Shown: positions 17,247-26,029 of the stretch, piece after piece
How the letters are laid out: each line of letters opens with the position of its first letter
How positions within the stretch are numbered: position 1 is the stretch's first letter
Assembly (NCBI GenBank): GCA_964531495.1
Contig: CAZHDS010000002.1
Location: forward strand, 1-44,104
Direction of reading: 5' to 3'
DNA from: an uncultured Ignavibacteriales bacterium
Lineage (GTDB): Bacteria > Zixibacteria > MSB-5A5 > GN15 > FEB-12
Length of the DNA stretch: 44,104 nt
Program-made: the position numbers and the translations under genes
Notes under the pieces: generated by a model
Database searches by the model: none
The model's input: only the letters and a program-made list of their open reading frames with translations
What the model was told of the DNA's origin: nothing

Positions 17247-18449
17247 CTATTTCTCCTTCAGACCCAAGCCAGTGCGCATCGTCGGCAATAGCTCCTTGCG
17301 CTGCATGATGTGATACACCACCCCCAGCACAATATATATCGCTGCCACTTCCATCCGAATCTCAGACACAATCATTTGCACCAGGAACAGCACCAGGAGT
17401 AGAGTACCCTCGGCCCGATTCAAGCGCAAGTTGACCAAAACGGCCACCGCGAAAAGCGACTGGGCGGCGGTGAGTAACAGCTCGTGCTGCTGCATGTCAT
17501 CCAGATAGAAGGTCGACACCGCTCCGGATGAAATAGAGAAGACCAGCGGAATGGTCCCCACCAATAAGGTCCACTGGTTGACCTTCGACGATATCAGCGC
17601 TTTCAGAGCCGAGCCGGCCGAACCGCGAATAGCCCAGGTTGCGGCCACGATGAATTCTGGCGCTTCCGAAGCTATCGGTGCCAACCATTGCACCAACATA
17701 AACTTATCGATGCCGAACTCCTCCCCCATCGACACCAGACTGTGGGCAAAAGGCTCGGCCACGAGGAAGATCACCGCCCCGGCGTAGAGAAAGAAGCCAA
17801 CAGTCGAAAGGCGCCTCGGTATCTTGGCCATGTTGGCAATAATAAGCGTCGGACCAACCAGTTCCGGCTCGACCGTCCCCATCTGGGCTACCCGCCTCGT
17901 ATAGAGCCCAAACAGCGTAACCAGGATGACAGTGTCAATCAGAGTCAGGCTGCCCTTGAGCGGAATGGTGAAAGAATAAAGCGTGGCCATCGCCAGATAG
18001 AAGATCTCCACCCGCTGCGATGAGTCCATGATGATCTCTTTGCGCTTTTTTGCGATAACATACAAGAACAGCACCGCCGGCCAACCCAAGCCGACCAGAA
18101 GCCGATTGGCTCCTGTCATGTTAGCAATCGCATAGTGGGCCTGGGATGGATCGTGGGCCGAATTCCATGTAAAGACAAAATCGACCGCGTACTCTGGCAG
18201 CACGGCCAGAAGGGCAAGAATGGCCACGGCCAGCGATTCCGAGATATCTATCTGGGCCGCCTCAGCCGCCCAGGCCAATACGAAGGCAGCAGCGAAGATA
18301 GCCATACCAAACAAGATCGAGCCAACCAGCGGTGAGACTTCGGTGTGGGTAATTCCGAGATAGAAACCGGGCAGGGACGCGATAAAGGTCAGGATCATGA
18401 CAAACCAGTGGACACCGGTTACTTTGTATTCGCTTGTATTGTGAGTCAC
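17247..18449 (-). CDS. Polytopic membrane protein, probably a cation/Ca2+ exchanger (CaCA / Na_Ca_ex family)
   Basis: The protein is 400 aa with about 10 TM segments. Two alpha-repeat-like motifs, 'LAVLPEYAVDFVF' and 'IASEAPEFIVAATW', resemble the ..PE(L/F) motifs of Na_Ca_ex repeats. The family call is tentative. Confidence 0.6.
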   Translation of the reverse strand: MTHNTSEYKVTGVHWFVMILTFIASLPGFYLGITHTEVSPLVGSILFGMAIFAAAFVLAWAAEAAQIDISESLAVAILALLAVLPEYAVDFVFTWNSAHDPSQAHYAIANMTGANRLLVGLGWPAVLFLYVIAKKRKEIIMDSSQRVEIFYLAMATLYSFTIPLKGSLTLIDTVILVTLFGLYTRRVAQMGTVEPELVGPTLIIANMAKIPRRLSTVGFFLYAGAVIFLVAEPFAHSLVSMGEEFGIDKFMLVQWLAPIASEAPEFIVAATWAIRGSAGSALKALISSKVNQWTLLVGTIPLVFSISSGAVSTFYLDDMQQHELLLTAAQSLFAVAVLVNLRLNRAEGTLLLVLFLVQMIVSEIRMEVAAIYIVLGVVYHIMQRKELLPTMRTGLGLKEK

Positions 18450-18487
18450 AGAGAGTTTATCCGGTTGAGTGTGGATGAGACCAAGAC

Positions 18488-19393
18488 TTAGCCTCGGACA
18501 ATCATGTTCACGATGTCTTTGCGCAGTAGCACACCTACCAGATTATCCTCTGAAGTCACGAAAACTCTCCTAACATCCTTGAAGATCATCATCGCCGCGA
18601 CTTCAACGACTCTGGTTTCTGGAGTTGTGACCTCGAATTCCTGCCCGTAGAGCTGCGAGACCTTGATTTGATCCTCTTTCTTGAGCAGTTCTTCAAACGG
18701 CTCCACATCCATGGAGTAGTTGAGATTCTGGATGAGAGCCTTGTAATCCGGCAGCGCCGCCTTGATAAGATCCCTGTCATCGATGACACCCAGCAGCTTG
18801 TTCTGATCGTCAACGACAGCCAGAGCCGAAAGTCGGAAGCGGAACATCGCATTGGCAACAGTCTTGAGAGAATCGTCCGCGGTAACCCGCGCTACATTGT
18901 GGCGCATGACATCCTTGACCATCAGCTCCTTGTCAACCGTCACGCCGGCATCGGAAACCAGCTTGATTACGTCCGCCTCGCGAGCCACACCCAGCATCTT
19001 GTCCAATGTACCGGGCATCCGTCCGAAAGCAGCCAACCCGGAGAGCATTTGCAGATATAGCTTAGCTATAGTCGAAGGGGTCAACAGCAGACAGACTACG
19101 TGGACCGGAATCCCGTCGTGGGTCTTGCTTATCAGGCCCTCCTTGGAGATGCCTATCAGGATGTACATCTCCTCCACGGCATCGGTCCGGGCATGCGGAA
19201 AAGCGAAGCCGTGGCCATAGGAGGTATTCTCGACCTCCTCCCGGTCGCGAATGGAACGCAGAATCGCATCGTAGTCCAACTCAACGCCCTCAGCATTCAC
19301 CAGGTCAAGCAATTCACGCACGGCGGCGTCTTTGTTGTCCGCCTTAAGATCGATCTTGATCCGCCGCTCCATAAGAAGATTGGCCAGTTTCAC
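18488..19393 (-). CDS. PTS EIIA type-2 (PtsN/EIIA-Ntr-like) domain fused to a CBS-domain pair
   Basis: The N-terminal domain carries the phospho-His motif 'GHGFAFPHARTD'. The C-terminal half has two CBS motifs ('VKDVMRHNVARVTADDSL...LSALAVVDDQNKLLGVIDDRDL' and 'VSQLYGQEFEVTTPET...VRRVFVTSEDNLVGVLLRKDIV'). The start is GTG, with GAGGTG 6 nt upstream. Confidence 0.85.
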   Translation of the reverse strand: MKLANLLMERRIKIDLKADNKDAAVRELLDLVNAEGVELDYDAILRSIRDREEVENTSYGHGFAFPHARTDAVEEMYILIGISKEGLISKTHDGIPVHVVCLLLTPSTIAKLYLQMLSGLAAFGRMPGTLDKMLGVAREADVIKLVSDAGVTVDKELMVKDVMRHNVARVTADDSLKTVANAMFRFRLSALAVVDDQNKLLGVIDDRDLIKAALPDYKALIQNLNYSMDVEPFEELLKKEDQIKVSQLYGQEFEVTTPETRVVEVAAMMIFKDVRRVFVTSEDNLVGVLLRKDIVNMIVRG

Positions 19394-19405
19394 TTCTTCA
19401 CCTCT

Positions 19406-20041
19406 CTATTGGTGGGCGACCGTCAACGGCCGTCGTTTTATCAAACTGGGTGAGGCAACGCCTCCGGAGACCATAAATTTGATCCCTTCTTCCACCGTCA
19501 TATCAAGTATAACAGCTTCTTCCTCAGGAACAAGGATCACCCAGCCGGAAATTGGAGTAGGGGTCGATGGTACAAAGACCGAGACAAGACGGCGGTTCTC
19601 TTCGCCAATCTCGATCTCCATGCGGTTTGACAAAAACGCCAAAGCCCACAGGCCTCGGCGGGGATACTCAATCAGCACGACCGATTTGAACGAGCTTCGA
19701 CTCGGCATCGCCACCGACTCCAGGAGCTGCTTGGCGGCCGAGTATATGGGGCGAATGATTGGAACCCGCTCCAGGACCCGCTCGCCCGCCCGATAGAGTC
19801 GCGCCCCGATGAGATTGCGAGTTATAAAGCCCGTCAAGATAATGACCAGGACCGTGGTTACCAAACCGAGGCCGGGCACGTAGTAGCCGAAGAGTCTTAT
19901 GATCAGGGGCTGCAGAATGCCATCGACAACATCGAACATGAATTTCAGCACGAGGTAGGTGAGGATCAATGGCACGACGACCAACATCCCCGAGATAAAA
20001 TGGCGTTTGACGATCGCCACCATTTGACCCACTACCGACAT
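19406..20041 (-). CDS. DUF502-family membrane protein
   Basis: The 211-aa protein begins 'FISGMLVVVPLILTYLVLKFMFDVVDGILQPLI' and has a second TM segment, which is the usual DUF502 layout. GAGGTG lies 6 nt upstream of the ATG. Confidence 0.78.
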   Translation of the reverse strand: MSVVGQMVAIVKRHFISGMLVVVPLILTYLVLKFMFDVVDGILQPLIIRLFGYYVPGLGLVTTVLVIILTGFITRNLIGARLYRAGERVLERVPIIRPIYSAAKQLLESVAMPSRSSFKSVVLIEYPRRGLWALAFLSNRMEIEIGEENRRLVSVFVPSTPTPISGWVILVPEEEAVILDMTVEEGIKFMVSGGVASPSLIKRRPLTVAHQ

Positions 20042-20073
20042 AGCTGCACCTCAGGCCTAACGCTTGTGGCTTG

Positions 20074-20102
20074 ATTATATTCGAGCGATCGGAGTTTGTC
20101 AA
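20074..20102 (-). promoter_or_regulatory. Consensus sigma70-type promoter TTGACA-N17-TATAAT upstream of the DUF502 / EIIA-CBS genes
   Basis: The minus strand reads tttgTTGACAaactccgatcgctcgaaTATAATcaagcc. The -35 is at 20102-20097 and the -10 at 20079-20074, with a 17-nt spacer. The -10 lies 32 nt upstream of the ATG at 20041, and the -35 lies 12 nt after the nuoN stop. Confidence 0.6.
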
Positions 20103-20113
20103 ACAAATTGATA

Positions 20114-21613
20114 CTAGCGCGGTACCAGGTCGAACGAGATGGGGATATCGGCGGCGAAGTTCAGAATAGGCTCAGCGTACAGGCCGAAGACGACGACACC
20201 GACCAGAGCCATAGCGATAACGGTCGCGCCCGGAACGGTCAGTCCGATCTTGTGCGGCGAAACTTCCGTGCCGAAGTACATCTTCTTGATGATGTTGGCG
20301 TAATAATACAGCGCAAAAACCGAAGTGAGCAAGCCAACGCCCACCACCCAATAGAGCCAACTGTAGTGGTCAGCCATGCTCACAGCCGCCATGAAAACTC
20401 TGTACTTGGCCAGGAAACCGGCCAGCGGCGGAATACCCGCCAGAGACAGTAGGAAGATGGCCAGCGTCATCGACAGCCCTGGCGATGTATGAGACAGGCC
20501 GCGGTAGACATCGATCTGACACGAGCCGGTCTTGTCCTCAACTGCAGCCACGATAGCAAAGGCACCCATGTTGGCAAAAAGGTAGGCGAAGACATAGAAC
20601 GCAACCGACGACAGTCCATGTTCGTTCATCACCAACATACCGATCATGATATATCCGGCCTGGGCTATCGATGAATAACCTAGCATGCGCTTGACATTAG
20701 TCTGTCGGATCGCGACGACATTGCCATAGATCATGGCGGCACAGGCCATGATCCCGACCAGGTAGCCCCAGTCGTTGGGCATCATCTCCGGTCCCCAGAA
20801 GGCGGTTAGACCAAGGGCGAAAATCTTGGCGAAAGCGACCAGGCCAGCGGCCTTGGAACCGACCGACAAGAAAGCAGCCACCGGCGTCGGGGCTCCCTCA
20901 TAAACATCAGGAAGCCACTGATGAAACGGCGGCAGGCCGAGCTTGAAGCCGATGCCGGCAACGATCGTCGTCAGAGCCAGAGCCAGAATAAGACCGATGC
21001 CACCTTCGTTGATATGGATCACGGCCAGATTGATCTTCATCTGCACCAAATCGGTCGTACCCGACAGCCCGTAAAGATACGATAGGCCGTACAGAAGCAA
21101 GGCCGATGAAAACGCACCAATCACGAAATACTTGATTCCAGATTCCACCGAGAATTTGTTCTCTTTGTAGAAGGCTGCCAGAACGAATAGTGGAATCGTC
21201 GTTAGCTCCAGCCCGATCCAGAGTGAGAGGAGCTCATTTGAAGAGGCCAGAAACATCATGCCCACCGTAGAGAGCATGATGAGCGCCAGGAACTCACCCC
21301 GGTGGTGGGTGATGCGATCCTTGAAGACGCCAAAGGAACTACCGATCGCCATGAAGGCCGAGCAGAGGAAAATCATCTTGAAAAAGACCGATATCGGCTG
21401 CGAAAAGAACATGTTGCCGAAACCACGGCCATAACCGGTGGTGGCCAACAGGACACCGGTGATCATCAGCCCCAACAGAGCCACATAACCGGTCGCCGAG
21501 GAGCTCTTGCGCCCGCTGAACAGGTCGAAAACTATCACGACCAGTGACCACACAAAGAGGAAGATCTCCGGGGCCATCATCCGCAAGCTGTATTCAGGCA
21601 ATTGGAATTCCAT
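20114..21613 (-). CDS. nuoN: NADH-quinone oxidoreductase subunit N
   Basis: The 499-aa antiporter-like protein contains 'MAPEIFLFVWSLVVIVFDLF' and 'LWIGLELTTIPLF', which are NuoN-type TM motifs. It is the last gene of the nuo cluster. Confidence 0.9.
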   Translation of the reverse strand: MEFQLPEYSLRMMAPEIFLFVWSLVVIVFDLFSGRKSSSATGYVALLGLMITGVLLATTGYGRGFGNMFFSQPISVFFKMIFLCSAFMAIGSSFGVFKDRITHHRGEFLALIMLSTVGMMFLASSNELLSLWIGLELTTIPLFVLAAFYKENKFSVESGIKYFVIGAFSSALLLYGLSYLYGLSGTTDLVQMKINLAVIHINEGGIGLILALALTTIVAGIGFKLGLPPFHQWLPDVYEGAPTPVAAFLSVGSKAAGLVAFAKIFALGLTAFWGPEMMPNDWGYLVGIMACAAMIYGNVVAIRQTNVKRMLGYSSIAQAGYIMIGMLVMNEHGLSSVAFYVFAYLFANMGAFAIVAAVEDKTGSCQIDVYRGLSHTSPGLSMTLAIFLLSLAGIPPLAGFLAKYRVFMAAVSMADHYSWLYWVVGVGLLTSVFALYYYANIIKKMYFGTEVSPHKIGLTVPGATVIAMALVGVVVFGLYAEPILNFAADIPISFDLVPR

Positions 21614-21620
21614 AGTTCTC

Positions 21621-23111
21621 TTACCTGGCCATCAGGGTTACCAGATGCTCCAGCGTAGCGCTCATCATTTCGGTCAGAGGCTTGGGATAGACACCGACGG
21701 CAATGGTCAAGACCGCCAACGGTATGACGGTGACCAGCTCACGGGCATTGATGTCAGTCAGCTTACCCCATTTTTCCTCATCGAACGGTCCCAGGAACAC
21801 ATTCTGGACCATTCGCAACATGTAAGCCGCGCCCAGGACCACGCCCAGAACGGCGACTCCAACCAGGACCTTATTGAGCGCTCCAAACGCACCAATGAAG
21901 ACCATGAACTCAGAAACGAAGCCCGACATGCCCGGCAAACCTAAGGCCGCCATCGAGAACATCACCATCAGGCCGGTGTAGACAGGAAGCTTGGCTCCCA
22001 GACCACCAAACGCCGCGATTTCTCGCGTGTGGGCGCGATCATAAACTACGCCGACCATGAGGAAGAGGGCGCCGGTGATCAAACCGTGTGAAATCATCTG
22101 GAACATCACTCCAGCCATGGCCGTCACTGACGAATAAGCTGCCAGCGCCAGCATGCAGTAACCCATATGGGCCACCGATGAATACGCCACCAGTTTCTTG
22201 AGATCCGTCTGTGCCAATGACACCAACGAGCCATAGATGATACCGATCACACCCAGGACCGCAATCCAAAATGACATATCCCGCAGGGCCAGCGGAAACA
22301 TCGGCCAGCTAATACGCATCATGGCGTAAGTGCCCATCTTAAGCAGTACGCCCGCAAGAATAACTGAGACCGCCGTAGGCGCTTGCACGTGCGCATCCGG
22401 CAACCAGGTATGGAACGGCCATACGGGCACTTTGATAGCGAAGGCGATAAAGAAGAAGCAGAAACAGGTCATCTGCAACGTGTATGTCAGCGAGGAACCC
22501 TGTTCGATCAGGGTCATCATACTCAGCGTATGCGGCTCCGAGGTGAAGTACAGAATCAGGATCGCCACCAGCATGAAGATAGAGCCGAACAATGTGTACA
22601 GGAAGAACTTGATTGCCGCGTACTCTCGGCTGGGTCCACCCCAGACACCGATCAGGAAGTACATCGGGACCAGCATGATCTCCCAGAAAACATAAAACAG
22701 GAAGAAGTCGAGCGACACAAAGACACCCATCATCCCGGCTTCCAGAAGCAGGAAGAACGCGAAGTACTCTTTGACCCGCGTATTGATTCCGAATGAGGCG
22801 ATCAATGAGATCGTCGAGAGCAGGCCGGTCAAAAATAGCATCGGCACCGAAATACCATCGACGCCCATATAATACTGAACATTGAGCGATGGGATCCAGG
22901 CGAAGGGACCTTCAACGTAGGCCAGCAGGTGCGATCCCGAATGGTTGACGAAGTAGTCCCAGGTCAACCAGAACGACAGCGCCATCGGGACCAGGCTGAT
23001 GATGGTAGACGTCCACCTGATCAGCTGGTGATTTTGCTTCGGCAGCAACATTACCACCACCATGCCAATAAGTGGGATGGCTACCAGCGAAGTTAGCAGG
23101 GGAAATTCCAT
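21621..23111 (-). CDS. nuoM: NADH-quinone oxidoreductase subunit M
   Basis: The 496-aa protein contains 'GVDGISVPMLFLTGLL' and 'FWEIMLVPMYFLIGVWGG', which are NuoM signatures. Confidence 0.92.
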   Translation of the reverse strand: MEFPLLTSLVAIPLIGMVVVMLLPKQNHQLIRWTSTIISLVPMALSFWLTWDYFVNHSGSHLLAYVEGPFAWIPSLNVQYYMGVDGISVPMLFLTGLLSTISLIASFGINTRVKEYFAFFLLLEAGMMGVFVSLDFFLFYVFWEIMLVPMYFLIGVWGGPSREYAAIKFFLYTLFGSIFMLVAILILYFTSEPHTLSMMTLIEQGSSLTYTLQMTCFCFFFIAFAIKVPVWPFHTWLPDAHVQAPTAVSVILAGVLLKMGTYAMMRISWPMFPLALRDMSFWIAVLGVIGIIYGSLVSLAQTDLKKLVAYSSVAHMGYCMLALAAYSSVTAMAGVMFQMISHGLITGALFLMVGVVYDRAHTREIAAFGGLGAKLPVYTGLMVMFSMAALGLPGMSGFVSEFMVFIGAFGALNKVLVGVAVLGVVLGAAYMLRMVQNVFLGPFDEEKWGKLTDINARELVTVIPLAVLTIAVGVYPKPLTEMMSATLEHLVTLMAR

Positions 23112-23134
23112 AACTACGATCTATCCTCCAGGTC

Positions 23135-25216
23135 CTACTGGTCCTGTTTCGCCTCTTGGGCCTTGACATATGCGGTACGGCTAAGCATACCGAGTGAACT
23201 GATCCCGACTGCGAACAAAAGCGTCAGCCAGGGCCAACTGATATCTTCCTGAGCCAGCTCTACCTTCATGAGGATGAAGATGACTGCTACCACCAACATG
23301 AACAAAACATAGAACTGCATTCTACCATTCTGCAAATACCTGAGCACGTTGCCCAGCGACAGAATCAACCAGCCGGCACCGTTGACGGCGCCATCGACAA
23401 CCCACTGGTCAAACCACTGCTTGGCCGCCGACCACTTCATGGTCAACCAACCCGCACCGTTTACCAGACCATCGATAATGCCGCCATCAAACTTCCACAT
23501 CAAACGCCCAAAAGCCATCGTCGGCTTGAGCAGGATGATGTCATAGAGCTCATCGAAATAGTACTTGTTGTAGAAAAGCTTGTGGAGCGGTGCAAATTTC
23601 CTGGCTACGTTGTCAGCCGATATCCAGCCGCGGATATACATCGCATAGGCTAAGAATATTCCGCTCACTGCGACAACCGTCGAGAGCCCCATCAAGAACC
23701 AGTTGGCATGGGGATGGTACGGCTCGCTGCCGACAGCGTAGACAAAACTGGCGAAACCGTGCTTCAACCATGGCAGCCCGACCCATCCGGCAAAGATCGA
23801 TAGGAAGGCCAGGAAGACCAGCGGATAGGTCATTGAATTCGGTGACTCGTGAGCATGATCAAAACGCTCCTGATCGCGCGGCTTGCCATAGAAGGCGAGG
23901 AACGTCAGGCGGAACATATAGAATGCCGTCATCCCGGCGATGAGCAACGTGAAAAACAGGAATATCGGATGATGCGACGCAGCCGCGACGATCTCGTCCT
24001 TGGACCAGAAGCCCGAGAGCGGGAATATCCCCGAAATCGAGAGCGTCGCGATAACGAAAGTCATGTGTGTGAGCTTCATCTTGCTGGCCAACCCACCCAT
24101 CTGCTGGATGTCATTGGTGTGCACCGCATGAATAACCGATCCGGCTCCAAGGAACAGAAGGGCCTTAAAGAAAGCGTGCGTCATCAGGTGGAAAGTACCA
24201 GCGTAGTAGCCCGGCGAGTGATGACCCAAAGAAGTGTCATACCCGTAAAGACCGAGCGCCATGATCATATAGCCCAACTGGGAACAAGTCGAAAAAGCGA
24301 GTACACGCTTGAAGTCGTTCTGCACCAGAGCGATGGACGCTGCCATGAGCGATGTTATCAAACCGATCACCGCGACCGTCATGGAAGCTGTCGACGAAGT
24401 CATAAACAGCGGCATGGTCTTGGCAACCAGGTACACACCAGCTGCGACCATCGTCGCCGCGTGGATCAAGGCCGACACCGGCGTCGGACCTTCCATAGCA
24501 TCCGGCAGCCAAACGTGAAGCGGGAACTGCGCCGACTTACCAACTGCGCCGCAAAAAACGAATATCGCCGCTGCCGTGAGAATCCCCGCTGGGATAGTAC
24601 CGGCCGAAGCCTGAGCGAAAACCTCACCGTAGTTGAATGTGCCAGCGTAGTAGATGATCAGGAACAGTCCGATCAGGAAACCCAAATCACCCACACGGGT
24701 GGTCAGGAAAGCTTTTTTGCAGGCGTTGGCGGCGGAGTCCTTCTCAAACCAGAAACCGATCAGGAGGTACGATGTCAGACCAACCAGCTCCCAGAAGATG
24801 AAGATCATGAAGAAGTTGTTGGCCAACACCAGGCCCAACATCGAAAACAGGAACAACGACAGATAGGCAAAGAACCGACTGTAGCGCGGATCCCCATGCA
24901 TGTAGCCGGTAGAGTAAATCTGCACACAGGCCCCAACAGTGGTCACGACTACCAACATCACCGCGCAGGACGGATCAATCAGAAATCCGATCTCCGGGGC
25001 AAACTTGGGCAAATCAATGAAACGGTAGAACCACTCGTAGGCCTCACCATGCCGACCGATCGTCTCAATCAAGACCCAGATCGACATCACCCACGAAGTC
25101 AGGATCATCATGATCGAGAAGCCGGCGGAGGCCTTCTCATTCCAACGCAGGAAGAAGACAATCATCACAAACGACAGCAGCGGAAGCAGTGCAATTAGAT
25201 AGGCGTGTTGGGTCAT
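23135..25216 (-). CDS. nuoL: NADH-quinone oxidoreductase subunit L (long form, 693 aa)
   Basis: It contains 'FIFWELVGLTSYLLIGFW' and 'KSAQFPLHVWLPDAMEGPTPVSALIHAATMV'. The C-terminal lateral-helix region 'YFDELYD...' is duplicated (see the repeat feature and finding). Confidence 0.92.
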   Translation of the reverse strand: MTQHAYLIALLPLLSFVMIVFFLRWNEKASAGFSIMMILTSWVMSIWVLIETIGRHGEAYEWFYRFIDLPKFAPEIGFLIDPSCAVMLVVVTTVGACVQIYSTGYMHGDPRYSRFFAYLSLFLFSMLGLVLANNFFMIFIFWELVGLTSYLLIGFWFEKDSAANACKKAFLTTRVGDLGFLIGLFLIIYYAGTFNYGEVFAQASAGTIPAGILTAAAIFVFCGAVGKSAQFPLHVWLPDAMEGPTPVSALIHAATMVAAGVYLVAKTMPLFMTSSTASMTVAVIGLITSLMAASIALVQNDFKRVLAFSTCSQLGYMIMALGLYGYDTSLGHHSPGYYAGTFHLMTHAFFKALLFLGAGSVIHAVHTNDIQQMGGLASKMKLTHMTFVIATLSISGIFPLSGFWSKDEIVAAASHHPIFLFFTLLIAGMTAFYMFRLTFLAFYGKPRDQERFDHAHESPNSMTYPLVFLAFLSIFAGWVGLPWLKHGFASFVYAVGSEPYHPHANWFLMGLSTVVAVSGIFLAYAMYIRGWISADNVARKFAPLHKLFYNKYYFDELYDIILLKPTMAFGRLMWKFDGGIIDGLVNGAGWLTMKWSAAKQWFDQWVVDGAVNGAGWLILSLGNVLRYLQNGRMQFYVLFMLVVAVIFILMKVELAQEDISWPWLTLLFAVGISSLGMLSRTAYVKAQEAKQDQ
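23336..23491 (-). repeat. Tandem 78-nt (26-codon) duplication inside nuoL, in the lateral-helix region
   Basis: The protein blocks are FDGGIIDGLVNGAGWLTMKWSAAKQW and FDQWVVDGAVNGAGWLILSLGNVLRY, with 11 of the first 16 residues identical. The similarity is visible at DNA level: caaccagccggcaccgttgacggcgccatcgac versus caaccaacccgcaccgtttaccagaccatcgat. Confidence 0.8.
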
Positions 25217-25226
25217 ATTCAGATTC

Positions 25227-25529
25227 CTACCACTTCATGATGCTGATGTTGTCGGTTTCGATACCGCGCCAACGACGATATATCAGAAGCACGATGGCCA
25301 ATCCGACCACGGCCTCGGCGGCCGCCACGACCACGATAAAAATCGCGAACATCTGCCCCACCAGAGCATCGGCGGCGACATACTTATTGAAGGCGACAAA
25401 ATTGATATTAGCGCCGTTGAACATCAGCTCCAACGACATCAGGATACCGATTGCATTGCGCCTCGTAATAACGCCAAACATGCCGATCGCGAAGAGAATT
25501 GCCGCCAGTGACAAATAATAAAACATCAC
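25227..25529 (-). CDS. nuoK: NADH-quinone oxidoreductase subunit K
   Basis: The protein is 100 aa with 3 TM segments and contains 'ILMSLELMFNGANINFVAF'. Confidence 0.9.
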   Translation of the reverse strand: MMFYYLSLAAILFAIGMFGVITRRNAIGILMSLELMFNGANINFVAFNKYVAADALVGQMFAIFIVVVAAAEAVVGLAIVLLIYRRWRGIETDNISIMKW

Positions 25530-26029
25530 GGACGCTCCCTTCTGGCTAACACGATAGCTCCAATCAGCGCCGCCAATAGTAGCACCGAGACCACTTCAAA
25601 AGGCAGCATGTACTCAGTCATCAGATATTTACCGATCATGCCCACGTTGTCCGTGGTGAGCGCAACCTTGGAATATTGCCATACCGTCGTTTTGGCCAGG
25701 AGGAAGATCGACGTGACCGCAAACATCGCACAGGCCACAAACGCCACAGCAGCGTTCTCGGAAGTCATCCGGATCCGCTCCGAAGCCAGATTGGAGGTCA
25801 GCATGACGGCAAAAATGATCAGGATCGCTACACCGCCGACATAGATCAGAACCTGCGCCGCCGCCAGGAATTCGGCGTTGAGCAGCACGTAGATTCCGGC
25901 GACTCCAAACAGGCACATGATCAGGAACAGGGCGCAGTGAAAGACATTGCGCAGGCTCACGACCATGAAAGCGGACAGGAGAATCACCGCCGAGAGGATC
26001 CAGAATACGATTCCGCCATCAGGCATCAT
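25526..26029 (-). CDS. nuoJ: NADH-quinone oxidoreductase subunit J
   Basis: The 167-aa membrane protein lies between nuoI and nuoK, with ATGA overlaps on both sides. Confidence 0.85.
   Translation of the reverse strand: MMPDGGIVFWILSAVILLSAFMVVSLRNVFHCALFLIMCLFGVAGIYVLLNAEFLAAAQVLIYVGGVAILIIFAVMLTSNLASERIRMTSENAAVAFVACAMFAVTSIFLLAKTTVWQYSKVALTTDNVGMIGKYLMTEYMLPFEVVSVLLLAALIGAIVLARRERP

Noticed and set aside
23849-25198. A 449-aa ORF on the + strand, one of the longest in the track.
   Set aside because: It lies entirely antisense to the confidently identified nuoL. Its composition is dominated by R, H, Q, E and D, which is the mirror image of hydrophobic membrane codons. It has no Shine-Dalgarno and no recognisable motif. 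It is a typical antisense artefact of a GC-rich membrane-protein gene.
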